Source of the DNA: Alphaproteobacteria bacterium
GTDB lineage: Bacteria > Pseudomonadota > Alphaproteobacteria > Bin95
Reading direction: 5' to 3'
Length of the DNA stretch: 64,000 bases
Assembly (NCBI GenBank): GCA_964291285.2
Contig: OZ219787.1
Coordinates: 224,001-288,000 of the forward strand
Below the pieces are notes generated by a model. The model ran no database searches. It saw only the letters and a program-made list of their open reading frames with translations, and was not told the origin of the DNA. Made by a program: the position numbers and the translations under genes. This document shows, one piece after another, positions 1 through 10,240 of the stretch. How positions within the stretch are numbered: position 1 is the first letter of the stretch; every line of letters starts with the position of its first letter.

Positions 1-2
1 AC

Positions 3-776
3 CCGGCGGAGCTGGACGCCTTCTACGAGGCCGAGATGCCGGGGCCGGAGACGCAGCCGCTCTTCGACACGGCCGCCGAACTCGGCGTCGGCTTCTATCT
101 CGGCTATGCGGAACTCACGCGGGAGGGCGGCCGGGAGCGGCGCTACAACACGTCGATCCTCGTGGACAGGCAGGCGCGCATCGTCGGCAAATACCGCAAG
201 GTGCACCTGCCGGGCCACAGCGACTACGATCCGAAGCGGCCCTGGCAGCATCTGGAGAAGCGCTATTTCGAGGTGGGCGACCTCGGCTTCCCGGTCTGGC
301 GGACGATGGGCGGCGTGATGGGCATGGCGCTCTGCAACGACCGCCGCTGGCCCGAGACCTTCCGCGTGATGGGCATGAAGGGCGTCGAGCTGGTGATGCT
401 CGGCTACAACACGCCTGCCGCCAACTCGCTGGGGCCGGAGCCGCACCATGTGCGCATGCTGCACAACCATCTCAGCATGCAGGCCGGCGCCTATCAGAAC
501 GGCTGCTGGGTGGTCGGCACCGCCAAGGCCGGCCATGAGGAAGGCTGCGACCTGATGGGCGGAAGCTGCATCGTCGCGCCGTCCGGGGAGATCGTGGCCC
601 AGGCGCACACGCTGGAGGACGAGGTGATCGCCTACGAGTGCGACCTGGAGGAAGGCCGCTTCAACAAGCAGACGATCTTCAACTTCGCCGCCCACCGCCG
701 CCCGGAGCATTACGGCATCATCACCGCGCAGACCGGCGCCGCCGAGCCCGCGGAGGAGGACGGCGCATCCTTGTAG
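3..776 (+). CDS. N-carbamoyl-D-amino-acid hydrolase (nitrilase family), 5' end outside window
   Basis: Motifs YRKVHLPGH, HLEKRYF and CNDRRWPE; frame is open back to the window start. Confidence 0.85.
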   Translation, partial: PAELDAFYEAEMPGPETQPLFDTAAELGVGFYLGYAELTREGGRERRYNTSILVDRQARIVGKYRKVHLPGHSDYDPKRPWQHLEKRYFEVGDLGFPVWRTMGGVMGMALCNDRRWPETFRVMGMKGVELVMLGYNTPAANSLGPEPHHVRMLHNHLSMQAGAYQNGCWVVGTAKAGHEEGCDLMGGSCIVAPSGEIVAQAHTLEDEVIAYECDLEEGRFNKQTIFNFAAHRRPEHYGIITAQTGAAEPAEEDGASL

Positions 777-878
777 CCGGCCCGGCGGGCGGCCGGTGCG
801 TCCTTCGCAAACACGCTTGCGCGGGTGCCTGCCGGGGCGTACAGAGAACAAAGAGGGGTTATGGGGGAGGTTCTGACC

Positions 879-1163
879 ATGGATAGACTTGTGCGGCGCC
901 GCGCGACATGCGGCCTTGTGAATGTCAGGCGCCTGGCGGCCCTGGCGGGACTCTGCGCGGCCCTGGCGTTCGGCGCCGCGATGGACGGCGGCGCCGCGGC
1001 GCATTCGGGCAGGCTTGCCAAGGACGGCTGCCACAAAGACAACAAGGCCGGCGAGCGGCACTGGCACGCCGAGGGCGTGAAACGGGGCGGGCCTTGCGTC
1101 GAGCGCGACGGCGTCACGACGCAGCTGACCGACGACGGCGCCGAGCGGCCGGCCGGGAATTGA
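879..1163 (+). CDS. small secreted YHYH-like protein
   Basis: GGAGG before ATG 879; signal-like segment followed by AHSGRLAKDGCHKDNKAGERHWH. Confidence 0.6.
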   Translation: MDRLVRRRATCGLVNVRRLAALAGLCAALAFGAAMDGGAAAHSGRLAKDGCHKDNKAGERHWHAEGVKRGGPCVERDGVTTQLTDDGAERPAGN

Positions 1164-1184
1164 CATAATTCCCCGGATGCGGGC

Positions 1185-1886
1185 CTACGCCTTGCGTCCG
1201 TAGCGGTGCAACCCCCGGCCTTCGGCCTTGAGCCAGCGTTCGGCGGCGTCGGTTTCCGGGCAGAGGCGGCGGCAGAGGCTCCAGAAGCGGGGGCCGTGGT
1301 TCATCTCGCGAAGATGCGCCACCTCGTGGGCGGCCAGATAGTCGAGCACGAAGGGCGGGGCCATGACAGCGCGCCAGGAGAAATTGAGCCGGCCCGCGGC
1401 GCTGGCGCTGCCCCAGCGCGTCTTCTGGTCCCGGATGGCGATGCCGCGCGGCTCGACGCCGAGCGCGGCGGCATGGCGGGCCACGGCCTCCCCGAAGGCC
1501 AGCCGCGCCTCATGCCGCAGCCAGCCTTCCACCAGCCGGGAGCATCCGGCCGGGCTCGCCAGCAGGATGCGGTCGTCTTCCAGCAGGAGCGGGTCCCGCA
1601 GCGACGGGTCGAGGCGGATCCGGCGCGGCCGGCCGCGGAACGGGACGGTCTCGCCGGGTTCGAAGGGCACCGGAGCCGGCGCGTCCCGCAACCGGCCCGC
1701 CACCCAGTCTCCGCGGCTCCGGAGGAACGCGAGGCCCGCCGCCTCGCTCGCGCCCGGCGGCAGGGTCAGCCGAACCTCGCCGCCCCCGATGCTGAGCGAG
1801 ATGCGCCGCGCGCGCGGGTTGCGCCGGACGGCGACCCTGACCTCGCGTCCGCCGACCCGGACTTCCCTATAGCGCCCAGTCGACAA
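1185..1886 (-). CDS. M48/YgjP-like metal-dependent hydrolase
   Basis: Motifs [27 protein letters not shown] (HExxH); start approximate. Confidence 0.85.
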   Translation of the reverse strand: MSTGRYREVRVGGREVRVAVRRNPRARRISLSIGGGEVRLTLPPGASEAAGLAFLRSRGDWVAGRLRDAPAPVPFEPGETVPFRGRPRRIRLDPSLRDPLLLEDDRILLASPAGCSRLVEGWLRHEARLAFGEAVARHAAALGVEPRGIAIRDQKTRWGSASAAGRLNFSWRAVMAPPFVLDYLAAHEVAHLREMNHGPRFWSLCRRLCPETDAAERWLKAEGRGLHRYGRKA

Positions 1887-2307
1887 TATGGCGTTCCAGG
1901 TCTTCCTGTTCGGTCCCGGCTTCGTCCTCGGAGACCACCTTGCCGCGCACCGACATCTGGGCGAGATGGACAGTCTCCGGGTCCCCCGAGACCAGCGGAT
2001 GCCACCAGTAGAGGTCCCTGCCCTCATGCAGCAGGCGGTAGGCGCAACTGGACGGCATCCAGGCGATCTCCGCAATATTGCCCGGCGAAAGCTGGATGCA
2101 GTCCGGCACGCGGGCCTTGCGGTTGGCGTAGTCGGTGCAGCGGCAGCTTTCGGTGTCCAGCAGCCGGCAGGCGACGCAGGTGGGCTCGATCTCGCCCGTA
2201 TCCGCCCACTGGATCTTCAGCAGGCAGCACTTGCCGCAGCCGTCGCAGAGCGACTCCCATTCCTCCGGCGTCATCTCGTCCAGCCGCTTCTCGCGCCAGA
2301 AGGTCAC
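1867..2307 (-). CDS. YcgN family cysteine cluster protein (UPF0260)
   Basis: Motifs [14 protein letters not shown] and [10 protein letters not shown]. Confidence 0.9.
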   Translation of the reverse strand: MTFWREKRLDEMTPEEWESLCDGCGKCCLLKIQWADTGEIEPTCVACRLLDTESCRCTDYANRKARVPDCIQLSPGNIAEIAWMPSSCAYRLLHEGRDLYWWHPLVSGDPETVHLAQMSVRGKVVSEDEAGTEQEDLERHIVDWAL

Positions 2308-2696
2308 GGGCCCTGCCCCCCGGCGCCCGGCTCTTCCTGCCGTTCCTCGCCGGTGAGGCCGAGCGCCCACATCGCCGCGAGCACGCCGCCCTTCGCCACC
2401 GGCAGCAGCACCGCGACCAGCGCCAGCGCCACAGCGGGCCAGACCAGCGCCTGCAGCCAGAGCGGCGGCGCCCAGCTCTGCTCGGCGAACAGCAGGAGCG
2501 GCACGACGACATGGCCCGCCACCAGAATGGCGATGTAAGGCGGGAAATCGTCGGCGCGGATATGGCCGAGCGCCTCGCCGCAGCTGCCGCAGGACCTGAC
2601 GGGGCGCAGATAGCCCGCGAACAGCGGCCCCCGGCCGCAGGCCGGGCAGCGCCGGCGAAGGCCGTTGCGGAGGGCGGGTCCGAGCGCGCGCGCCAT
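2304..2696 (-). CDS. DUF983 membrane protein
   Basis: [11 protein letters not shown]...CGSCG...RADDFPPY followed by two TM helices. Confidence 0.85.
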   Translation of the reverse strand: MARALGPALRNGLRRRCPACGRGPLFAGYLRPVRSCGSCGEALGHIRADDFPPYIAILVAGHVVVPLLLFAEQSWAPPLWLQALVWPAVALALVAVLLPVAKGGVLAAMWALGLTGEERQEEPGAGGQGP

Positions 2697-2784
2697 GCCC
2701 GGCAAGGTGCCGCCGCCGCGAGGGAGGGTCAAGCCGCCGAAACGGCCGGCAGGCACCCGACAGCCGGACTCCGTCCCGCCCTGC

Positions 2785-2828
2785 GCAAAAGAAGGCAGCC
2801 GGCGGGTGGAGGGCCCGCCGGCTGCGCT
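2785..2828 (-). terminator. rho-independent terminator-like hairpin (possible sRNA 3' end)
   Basis: Minus strand GCAGCCGGCGGG-ccctcca-CCCGCCGGCTGC followed by CTTCTTTT. Confidence 0.55.
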
Positions 2829-3132
2829 GCCGGTTCCGGGGGAGGAAACCGTTACCGGCCGGGGATGCGGGCGGCGGGCCGGTTGCCGGCTGACGGCGAG
2901 CGCGAGAACCGTCCCGGTTGCGCGGCGCCGCCCTGGTTCGGCGTCCCCGATGCGCCCCGTCCCGGTCTCCGCCGCCTGTCCGGCGCGGACCCGTTCAGGA
3001 CCGCATGGGAGCAATGTCGCAAAGGCATGGCATCGGGTCGAATACCGTTTTCCTGTCGGACATATAAGTTTTGCGCATGGATTCGGACGGGCGGGGCAGT
3101 GCGGCCGGCGGGGCGACGTGCGCCCGCAGCGG

Positions 3133-4038
3133 TCACTCCCGCGCCCACGCCTCGGCGCAGGCCCTCGCATCGAGCCGGTAATCCGGGTCGAACAGCTTTG
3201 CGAGTTCTATGTCGGCCGCTTCCGGCTGGACCCGCATATTTGCGCCTTGGGGGACAAAGGTCAGTTCGCCGACCCTGATCACGGCTTCGCTTATATAGAG
3301 ATCGACCCGAACAAACAGAAACGGCGAGGCGAGTTGCTGCGAAAGCCGCAGGATTTCTTCCAGCTTTGCCGGCTTCTCGTCGTCCTCGGGCCCGGCTGGA
3401 GTTCCGTATGTGAAGGGCAGGCGCTTCCAGTCAGGGTCGTAGAAATTCTGCGTGTGCTCGCCGAACCGGTCGGAGTCGACCTGGACCAGCTTCGGGACGC
3501 CGTGGAAGCAGAACAGCTTGTAGTCCTTCGGCACGGTGAAGCCGTCGTCGGACAGGAACTCCTCGACGATCACCTTCGGGCGGAGATGGCGGTAGTTGCC
3601 TTCTCTGGTGCCGCTGTAGCGCTTCTTCTCCAGCCACCGCAAAAGCATCTTGCGGTTCAGGGGCTCGCCCGGGTCGGTATGGAACAGGACCGGCCCGCTC
3701 AGATGCGTCGGCTTCAGCACACAGGGAACGCGGTCCGGAACAAAGGCGCTCACCTCCTCTGCGTTGCGCAGCACAGCGTAAGTCTCCGGCGTGTAGCCCG
3801 GGCCGAGCACCCGCTCGATATGGTCCTTGGCGTACTCCTTGTCCGTCACGACCTGGACGAGCGGGTCGAACAGCGTGCCGTCCGTCTTGATGCGGTAGAA
3901 CATATCCGTCAGCCGGCCGGCGGCGGCCGGGTCGGGAGGACGCCCTTGTCTGCTCAGGAACCGCCTCCGGCAGAATTCGGTATCTCCCCACCCGTTCTTC
4001 GGCAGCAGCCGCCTCGGGATCAGCCGGAGGGGGTTCAT
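3133..4038 (-). CDS. TupA-like ATP-grasp fold amidoligase
   Basis: Motifs DKEYAKDHI, VLKPTHLSG, IVEEFL, PKDYKLFCFHG, VRVDLY, GELTF. Confidence 0.85.
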   Translation of the reverse strand: MNPLRLIPRRLLPKNGWGDTEFCRRRFLSRQGRPPDPAAAGRLTDMFYRIKTDGTLFDPLVQVVTDKEYAKDHIERVLGPGYTPETYAVLRNAEEVSAFVPDRVPCVLKPTHLSGPVLFHTDPGEPLNRKMLLRWLEKKRYSGTREGNYRHLRPKVIVEEFLSDDGFTVPKDYKLFCFHGVPKLVQVDSDRFGEHTQNFYDPDWKRLPFTYGTPAGPEDDEKPAKLEEILRLSQQLASPFLFVRVDLYISEAVIRVGELTFVPQGANMRVQPEAADIELAKLFDPDYRLDARACAEAWARE

Positions 4039-4195
4039 CGTATAAGCTGTCCGCTCACGCGCCGACGACAAGACACCGGGCAAGCGCCGTGATATGAGCC
4101 AAGACGTTGCTCCCGGAGGGGCGAGTGCAGGGCAAGCGGGAATACATGACAGTTCGCAAGGACGCCAGGGGATTGCCGCCGGCCGAGCAGGTGTC

Positions 4196-4543
4196 TCACT
4201 TTGACTTTGGGCGAGACAATAACGCTCGCGCCCGTCTTTCTTGAGATGTCGGCGGGCCGATCCCCAAGCGGCGGCGATTGAGGAGAACATGCATGGGCGG
4301 GGCGTCGGACCGGAAGCGTTCTATCACCTCAAGCACCCTGCGATCACCGCTGTCCTCGCCGATGATGATCCGCTCGCATGGGCCTTCGAGCCTCGGCAGG
4401 AGGGATGCCAAGGTTCGTTCCAGATGGTCGAAGCGGGCGCAGCTCGTCAGAGCGACAGTGTAGGGTTCAATCGTGCCGGCGTCAGTCCGGCCGGTGCTTC
4501 CACTTGATACCTTGGGTCTGGAGCGCCGCGCGGGTCTGGTCAT
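4196..4543 (-). pseudogene. truncated glycosyltransferase family 2 (N-terminal part only)
   Basis: VALTSCARFDHLERTLASL...IIGEDSG is a GT-A N-terminus; ORF ends after about 115 aa with no DxD region. Confidence 0.6.
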
Positions 4544-4819
4544 GCTTTGTTGTTCCTGCCGAACAATCGCCACAGTGGCTCCGCCGCAGGTTAGCAAGAG
4601 TATTGGAAATATCTATCTTCGAGGATTCAAGAAGCATAGGAACGGATTTGAGGCGGGCTAGGAGAGCGATTGAGACGACAGCACCTCAAGGCTTCGTGTC
4701 GCTCGTTGGCCTCGATGCACGAACCCGCTACCGTGCAGCCTGTGATGCTTGCGCTTGTGGCCTTCACGCTGTTCCGCGTAGCTGGAAGGACATGACGCGG
4801 GACCGGAGACGGATTGCAG

Positions 4820-5476
4820 ATGGACGCGTTTGAACGCTTCAGATACGGGATCATGCGCTATCGGCCGGGCCGACGCGGAAAGAAATATGCCCGCAAGTAT
4901 GCCTTTGCGACGGCGGTCCGCCGCTCCAGAGGCATGACCTGCATCGACCTGGGCGCCAATGTCGGCAAATACACAAGGATCATGGCGTCTGAAGCCAGGC
5001 AAGTGATCGCCTTCGAGCCGGATCCTTGGACCTGCGCAGCGCTGCGAGACAATCTCGCCGACCTCGACAACATCCGCATCGAGCCTGTGGCGGCCGGCAC
5101 AAGCGAAAGGAAGGTGCCGCTCTATCGACACCCCGGTTTCGCGGAGAATCCCGTTCGCCATTCGCAGTCAACTTCTGTCGTCGCCCGGGGAGGCCTCATC
5201 ATCGCCGACGGAGCGGTGGAAATTCGGCAAATCGACTTTATCCGTTACCTCGAAGACCTGAACGAAGACATCGGGATACTCAAAATCGACATCGAAGGTG
5301 CCGAGGTCGAGCTGCTTGAATCCTTGTTCGACAAGCCCGCCGTTTTGAAGCGCATAGCTTACATCTTCGCCGAGACGCACGAGCGCTTATACGAAGACCA
5401 TAGACCCCGCGTGGCAGCGCTCCGTGAAATGGCCGGGCAGACCGAGCGGCCTCAAATCAATCTCGACTGGCAGTAA
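4820..5476 (+). CDS. FkbM family methyltransferase
   Basis: Motifs IDLGANVG, VIAFEPDP and LKIDIEGAE. Confidence 0.9.
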   Translation: MDAFERFRYGIMRYRPGRRGKKYARKYAFATAVRRSRGMTCIDLGANVGKYTRIMASEARQVIAFEPDPWTCAALRDNLADLDNIRIEPVAAGTSERKVPLYRHPGFAENPVRHSQSTSVVARGGLIIADGAVEIRQIDFIRYLEDLNEDIGILKIDIEGAEVELLESLFDKPAVLKRIAYIFAETHERLYEDHRPRVAALREMAGQTERPQINLDWQ

Positions 5477-5506
5477 GTCGCTCCCCGCACGAGCCCTACA
5501 GCCCCG

Positions 5507-5890
5507 TCATGCAGGCTCTATGTCAGTGCGCGCGAAATCCGCCCCCTTGAACAACAGCGGCAATTCCCGCTCGCGCGCGAGCGCGTAAGCGAAGACATCC
5601 CCCAGGTTCAGACCGGCCGGATGACGACCCTTGCCATAGCGCCGGTAGGCGTCCGCCGCGACAGCCGCCTGGTTCGCGTCCACGGCCTCGATCGCAACGA
5701 ACGGTTCGTTCAGGAACGCCTGCGCGGCGGAGAAAAGAGCATCGTCGCGGCTGGAGACCGCAGCAATCTCGACGGCCGTCGCCGCTGACAGCATCGCGCC
5801 TCCGGCCACCTCGATGCGGCTGCGAAAGGCCGCTGCCTCTTCTTCCCCAAGCAGGATCGCGATGACTGCCGAGGTGTCGAGGACGATCAA
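5507..5890 (-). CDS. vapC: VapC PIN-domain toxin
   Basis: MIVLDTSAVIAIL...GKGRHPAGLNLGDVFAYALA...LLFKGADF. Confidence 0.92.
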   Translation of the reverse strand: MIVLDTSAVIAILLGEEEAAAFRSRIEVAGGAMLSAATAVEIAAVSSRDDALFSAAQAFLNEPFVAIEAVDANQAAVAADAYRRYGKGRHPAGLNLGDVFAYALARERELPLLFKGADFARTDIEPA

Positions 5891-6228
5891 TCCGGCAGCC
5901 CGCGTTCGTCGTAAAGCCCGTCCTGAAGCGTCAGGGAGAGCGGCCCGTCATTGCCTGCATCCTCCCGCTCCGCCATACGCCGGCGCAGGGCCGGTCCGGC
6001 GTCGATATAGCGATCCAGCGCCTCGCCGATGGCCGCGCATTCCGGCCGGTCCGCCCCGCAAGGCTCTTCGACCGGAAGCGGCACGGCTTCCCCGCCCTCC
6101 GCAGCGCGGCGGCGCGTCCGCTCCACAAGGCGGGCCAGCCATGCGGAGGCGCCGACGCCGCTCAGCGCCGCACGGTCCCTCAGCCAGCGCGCGGTGTCGT
6201 CCGGCAATGCCACGGTGAATCGCTGCAT
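5887..6228 (-). CDS. putative VapB-type antitoxin (RHH-like N-terminus)
   Basis: Overlaps vapC start; C-terminal LYDERGLP is shared with the VapB at 51342. Confidence 0.65.
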   Translation of the reverse strand: MQRFTVALPDDTARWLRDRAALSGVGASAWLARLVERTRRRAAEGGEAVPLPVEEPCGADRPECAAIGEALDRYIDAGPALRRRMAEREDAGNDGPLSLTLQDGLYDERGLPD

Positions 6229-6281
6229 GACAGGACTCTAGCCCGGACTTTCCGCCGATGTCACGGCCTGTGCCGCCCCGC

Positions 6282-6953
6282 TCAGCCCATGTGCTGCGCG
6301 AAGAAGGCGAGGCTGCGTTCGCGGGCGAGCTTTGCCGACTCCGGGTGGAAGTCGCCGCGATGGTCGCAGTTGAAGCCGTGGCCGGCGGGGTAGATATGGA
6401 CCTCCGCCTCTGGCTGGGCGCCGCGGATCGCCTCCACATCGTCCATCGGGATGCCGTGGTCCTGCTCGCCGAAATGCATCATCACGGGGTTCTTCGCCGC
6501 CTCGTCCTTGCGGGGCATGATCTGCCCGCCGTAATAGCAGACGCTGGCATCGACCCCGATGCGGGTCGCGACGAGGAAGGAGGCGGACCCGCCCCAGCAA
6601 TAGCCGACCGAGCCGATCTTTCCCGCGCCCGCCGCCCGGAGCCCCTCGACCGCCGCGGCCATGTCCCCGACCGCCACATCGAACGGTGAGGCGGCCATGA
6701 TGTCGCGCGCCTTCGCGATGTCCTCCGGCGTGTAGCCGCATTCGAAGCGCCGCTCGGCCCGGTCGTAGAGCGAGGGCGCCCAGGCGAGATAGCCGTCGGC
6801 CGCATAGCCGTCCGCCACCTCGCGGATATGGGCGTTGACGCCGAAAATCTCCTGGATGACCAGCATGCCGCCCTTCGGCGCGCCCGCCGGCGCGGCCGTG
6901 TAGCAGTCCATCCGGAAGCCGCCGCCCGCCTCAATCTCGATCCACTCGCCCAT
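6282..6953 (-). CDS. dienelactone hydrolase family protein
   Basis: Motifs VIQEIFGVN, GYCWGG and AGHGFNCD. Confidence 0.92.
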   Translation of the reverse strand: MGEWIEIEAGGGFRMDCYTAAPAGAPKGGMLVIQEIFGVNAHIREVADGYAADGYLAWAPSLYDRAERRFECGYTPEDIAKARDIMAASPFDVAVGDMAAAVEGLRAAGAGKIGSVGYCWGGSASFLVATRIGVDASVCYYGGQIMPRKDEAAKNPVMMHFGEQDHGIPMDDVEAIRGAQPEAEVHIYPAGHGFNCDHRGDFHPESAKLARERSLAFFAQHMG

Positions 6954-7092
6954 CGTCTTCCTTCTCCTGCCAAAGGCTTTTCGGTTCGCAGGCTGTTTAG
7001 CGCCTCCCCCGCCGGCCCGCAATGCGCGGGCCGCTGTCAGGCTACAATGGAATCCATTCGCCCTGGACCGTGTTTCGCAACGGGCACACAAC

Positions 7093-7198
7093 CGTCACCC
7101 CGGCCGGAGCGAGGCGGAGAGCCGGGGGCCATCTCCCGGCGTTTCCACAAGGCCGAACCGGTCAGGGTTGGGCCCCGGATCGGGGTCCGGGGCGACGA
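7093..7198. repeat. REP/RIME-like intergenic palindromic element
   Basis: Ends CGTCACCCCGG...CCGGGGCGACG can pair; internal hairpins CCCCGG..CCGGGG and CCCCGGATCGGGGTCCGGGG. Confidence 0.6.
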
Positions 7199-7240
7199 AT
7201 GGGGCCAGGGCCGACCGCTGCCCGGCTGATCGGATTGCGC

Positions 7241-8596
7241 TCAGGCGAGCCCGGCCATGACCTGCCGGAAGCGGGCGAGCGGGGCGGGGTTGCGCAGCAT
7301 GGTGAGCGGCACGCTGAAATGCCCCCGGCGCCAGATGAAACGGTTGGCCGGCGGCACGCCCCAGCGGTCGATCAGCGCCCGCGCGCCGGCATAGGGCGTG
7401 ACGCGGTCATAAGCGCCGAGCACGGTCACGATGTTCTCCGGTGCGACCGCCGTCCCGTCCACCGGGTCCAGCAGCGGCGTGAAGCGGCGCGCCGTCTCCG
7501 GCGTCCATCCCTGCGCCATCGTGGCTTCGGCGATGCCCCAGGCGCGCGCAAGCCGCCCCTGCATCGCCTCCTCTATGCGCCCGCAATGGGTGACCAGGAA
7601 CATCGCGTCCGGCCGGAGCCGGTCGGGCCAGAGGCGCGCGCGGTCGGCGACGATCTGCGCCGTCATCGCGCCCAGGCTGCTGCCGCCGATGGCGACCGGG
7701 CCCCGGCTCGCCTGCCGGCACCAGTCGATCAGCACCGCCCATTCGCGCGCGGCGGCGGTGAAATGGTCGAACGCCCCGCAGGGCGCCGTCGCGACGAACT
7801 GCTCGCCGCCATAGCGGCCGGGCGGCACGCGCCGGCCGTGCCAGGGCGCTTCCGGGCGCACCACCCTGAGGCCCGCTGCGACAAGGCCCTCCACCTCGTC
7901 CGCCACGCCGCGCCAGTGGTCGAACTCGACCCCGATACCGTGGCCGAAAATCAGCGTCGGCGGGTCGGCGGCCCCGGCGGGCTCGTACACCCGGGCGATG
8001 ACGTCGTCCGCCATGCGGACCGAGGGGGAGGGGAAGCGAAGCCAGTAATCCCGCCGGCCGGGCGCGGCCGGAAAGGCATGCGAGACCCGGACAGGGGGCA
8101 TGGGGTCCGGGACGGCGAAGGCGCGGGCCGGGTCTTCGAGGACGCCGCCATAGAGCGCCTCCACCTCCGCAGGGTCCGGAATCCGCCAGCGGAAAGGCGC
8201 GGCCCGGCCGTGCGCGGCGAAGGGCGCGAAGAGCCGGCGCAGCGCATTGTAGGCGTGGCGGTCGGACAGCCGCCTCCGCTCCACCCCCTCCAGCGCGTCC
8301 GGGGCCGGGGCGGAGGGGCCGAAAAAGGCGTCCTCCCAGGCGCGCCCGCTCTCCCGCGCCCGCGTCCGCGCCCGTTCGAAGCGCGCGAGCCGGCCGGCCA
8401 GCGCGCGCTCCAGGCGCGGGGCGAGCGGGGCGGGAAGCTCCGCGGCGTAGCGCCCGACCGAGCCTTCCGCCGCCCGCGCCGCCGCCCAGAGGCGGGACAG
8501 CGGGAAGAACCAGCCGGACAGGAACGCAAGCGCCGCATGGTCGAACCAGGGCCGCGCGACCAGCCCGCCCAGCGGCGAGCGGAGGCATGCGATCAT
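7241..8596 (-). CDS. alpha/beta hydrolase family protein
   Basis: GGSSLGA nucleophile elbow; C-terminal D (AYDRV) and H (RGHFS). Confidence 0.7.
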   Translation of the reverse strand: MIACLRSPLGGLVARPWFDHAALAFLSGWFFPLSRLWAAARAAEGSVGRYAAELPAPLAPRLERALAGRLARFERARTRARESGRAWEDAFFGPSAPAPDALEGVERRRLSDRHAYNALRRLFAPFAAHGRAAPFRWRIPDPAEVEALYGGVLEDPARAFAVPDPMPPVRVSHAFPAAPGRRDYWLRFPSPSVRMADDVIARVYEPAGAADPPTLIFGHGIGVEFDHWRGVADEVEGLVAAGLRVVRPEAPWHGRRVPPGRYGGEQFVATAPCGAFDHFTAAAREWAVLIDWCRQASRGPVAIGGSSLGAMTAQIVADRARLWPDRLRPDAMFLVTHCGRIEEAMQGRLARAWGIAEATMAQGWTPETARRFTPLLDPVDGTAVAPENIVTVLGAYDRVTPYAGARALIDRWGVPPANRFIWRRGHFSVPLTMLRNPAPLARFRQVMAGLA

Positions 8597-8630
8597 CAGC
8601 TCCGGGACCGGAAGGCCGCGATGGGTTTGC

Positions 8631-10067
8631 TTATTCAGAATTGGCCCGTTTCTGCTCGAGATGCGTGCGCAGCTGCTGGATCGAGGCGGCGTAATAGGCC
8701 AGCAGCGGGCGCTGGCGCTCCTCCGGCGCGAAGCCGCCCTCCCGTTCCGCTATCAGCCGCCGCTTGCGCAAGGCCAGCACCGCCCTGTCGATGTCGGCGG
8801 CCTCGCCGCCTTCCCTGAGCGCGATATGGGCACCGAGCGCGCGGGCTTCATCGAGCCATAGCAGGGCGCGGCGTTTTATCGCTTCGGCGCCCAGCGGCCC
8901 GTCGGCCTCGACCAGCACCGTCGAGACCAGCGGCACGGCGAGCACCGGCACGACATCGACGATGCGGTGCGTGAGCTCCCGGCCCAGCTCCTCGACGGCG
9001 GCGAACAGGCCCTTGCGGTCCAGTTCCGAGAAATTCAGCCCCCGTTCGCCCGCCCACTCCCTGAGCGAGACCGGCTCGCCGAAATTGGCGCAGGCGACCC
9101 CGAACCCGGCAAACCGGCCCTGGAGCTTCCGCCAGGCCATGCGGGCGACGAACCGGGCCGTCGAGCCGAACACGAACCTGCCGCCGCGGCCCTTGAAATC
9201 GGCGTCGGGATCGGCGACCAGCGTGCGCTCCTCCATCACGCGGTCGAAATTGGTCGCGACGGGAATGAACTCGATGTCATAGGCGCCCGCCGGGTCGAAA
9301 TTCTTGGTGATGTAGCCCAGCATGCCGAGCCTCGGCCGGTGGATCATGCCGTCGCGGGAGAGCTTCCCCTCGGCGAAGATCGCATGGGGCACGCACGCCT
9401 CGGTCGCCATCTGCACATAGCGCTCCAGCACCTTGCGGTAGAGCGGATCGCCCGAGTCGCGGCGCAGGATATAGACGCCGGCGAGTCTGAGCAGGCTGCG
9501 GATCGGCCAGACGCGCGCCCATTCGCCGGCGCCGTAGGACAGCGCGACGGAGCGCGCCGCGAGATAGGTCACCAGCAGGTAATCGACATTGCTGCGGTGG
9601 TTGATGAAGAAGACCACGGCCGTGTCCGGCGGCGCCCTCGCCGCGGCGCGCTCATGGGCGAAACCCAGCCGAACCCGATAGAAGCCGCGCAGCAGCCGGC
9701 GGGCGCAGTGGAAGCCCGGCTTGAAGTAGAAATAGGCATTGAAGGCCGGCACCATTTCCCGCGCGATCGAGGAGACCTCGGTCATCAGGCTCTCGCGCTC
9801 CACGCTGCGCTCGACGGCAACCTCTCCGACCGTCTTCATCACCTCGGGGTCGAAGACGAGGCGGTCGATCAGCACCCGGCGGGTGGTCAGCTGGAAGGTC
9901 GGCAGCTCGAGCCCGAACCGGGCGTTCACCTCGGCGATGGCGCGGTTCACCCGGCGGCGCAGATACCAGCGCAGACCGGGCATGAAAACGTCGTCCACGG
10001 CCGCCAGCACCGCCAGCCCGACAATGATGGCGAACAGCCAGACCGGCAGTTCGACCGTCGATGTCAT
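8631..10067 (-). CDS. glycerol-3-phosphate acyltransferase (PlsB/PlsC-like)
   Basis: NHRSNVD (HX4D) and FAEGKLSRDG motifs. Confidence 0.85.
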   Translation of the reverse strand: MTSTVELPVWLFAIIVGLAVLAAVDDVFMPGLRWYLRRRVNRAIAEVNARFGLELPTFQLTTRRVLIDRLVFDPEVMKTVGEVAVERSVERESLMTEVSSIAREMVPAFNAYFYFKPGFHCARRLLRGFYRVRLGFAHERAAARAPPDTAVVFFINHRSNVDYLLVTYLAARSVALSYGAGEWARVWPIRSLLRLAGVYILRRDSGDPLYRKVLERYVQMATEACVPHAIFAEGKLSRDGMIHRPRLGMLGYITKNFDPAGAYDIEFIPVATNFDRVMEERTLVADPDADFKGRGGRFVFGSTARFVARMAWRKLQGRFAGFGVACANFGEPVSLREWAGERGLNFSELDRKGLFAAVEELGRELTHRIVDVVPVLAVPLVSTVLVEADGPLGAEAIKRRALLWLDEARALGAHIALREGGEAADIDRAVLALRKRRLIAEREGGFAPEERQRPLLAYYAASIQQLRTHLEQKRANSE

Positions 10068-10240
10068 CGGCAACCCGGCCGGTCTGTCGAGCGCATTCGC
10101 CGGAGCCCCCTCGCATGGCGCCGCCCAACCGGGCCCGGAGAAGACCGGACGAAGGGCAGCGGGTGGAAAACCGCGATGCAAGCGGGACCTTGTCCCCTGC
10201 GGCCGCGCGCTGTCAAGCGAGGCGCCGGGCGTGCGTTGCG

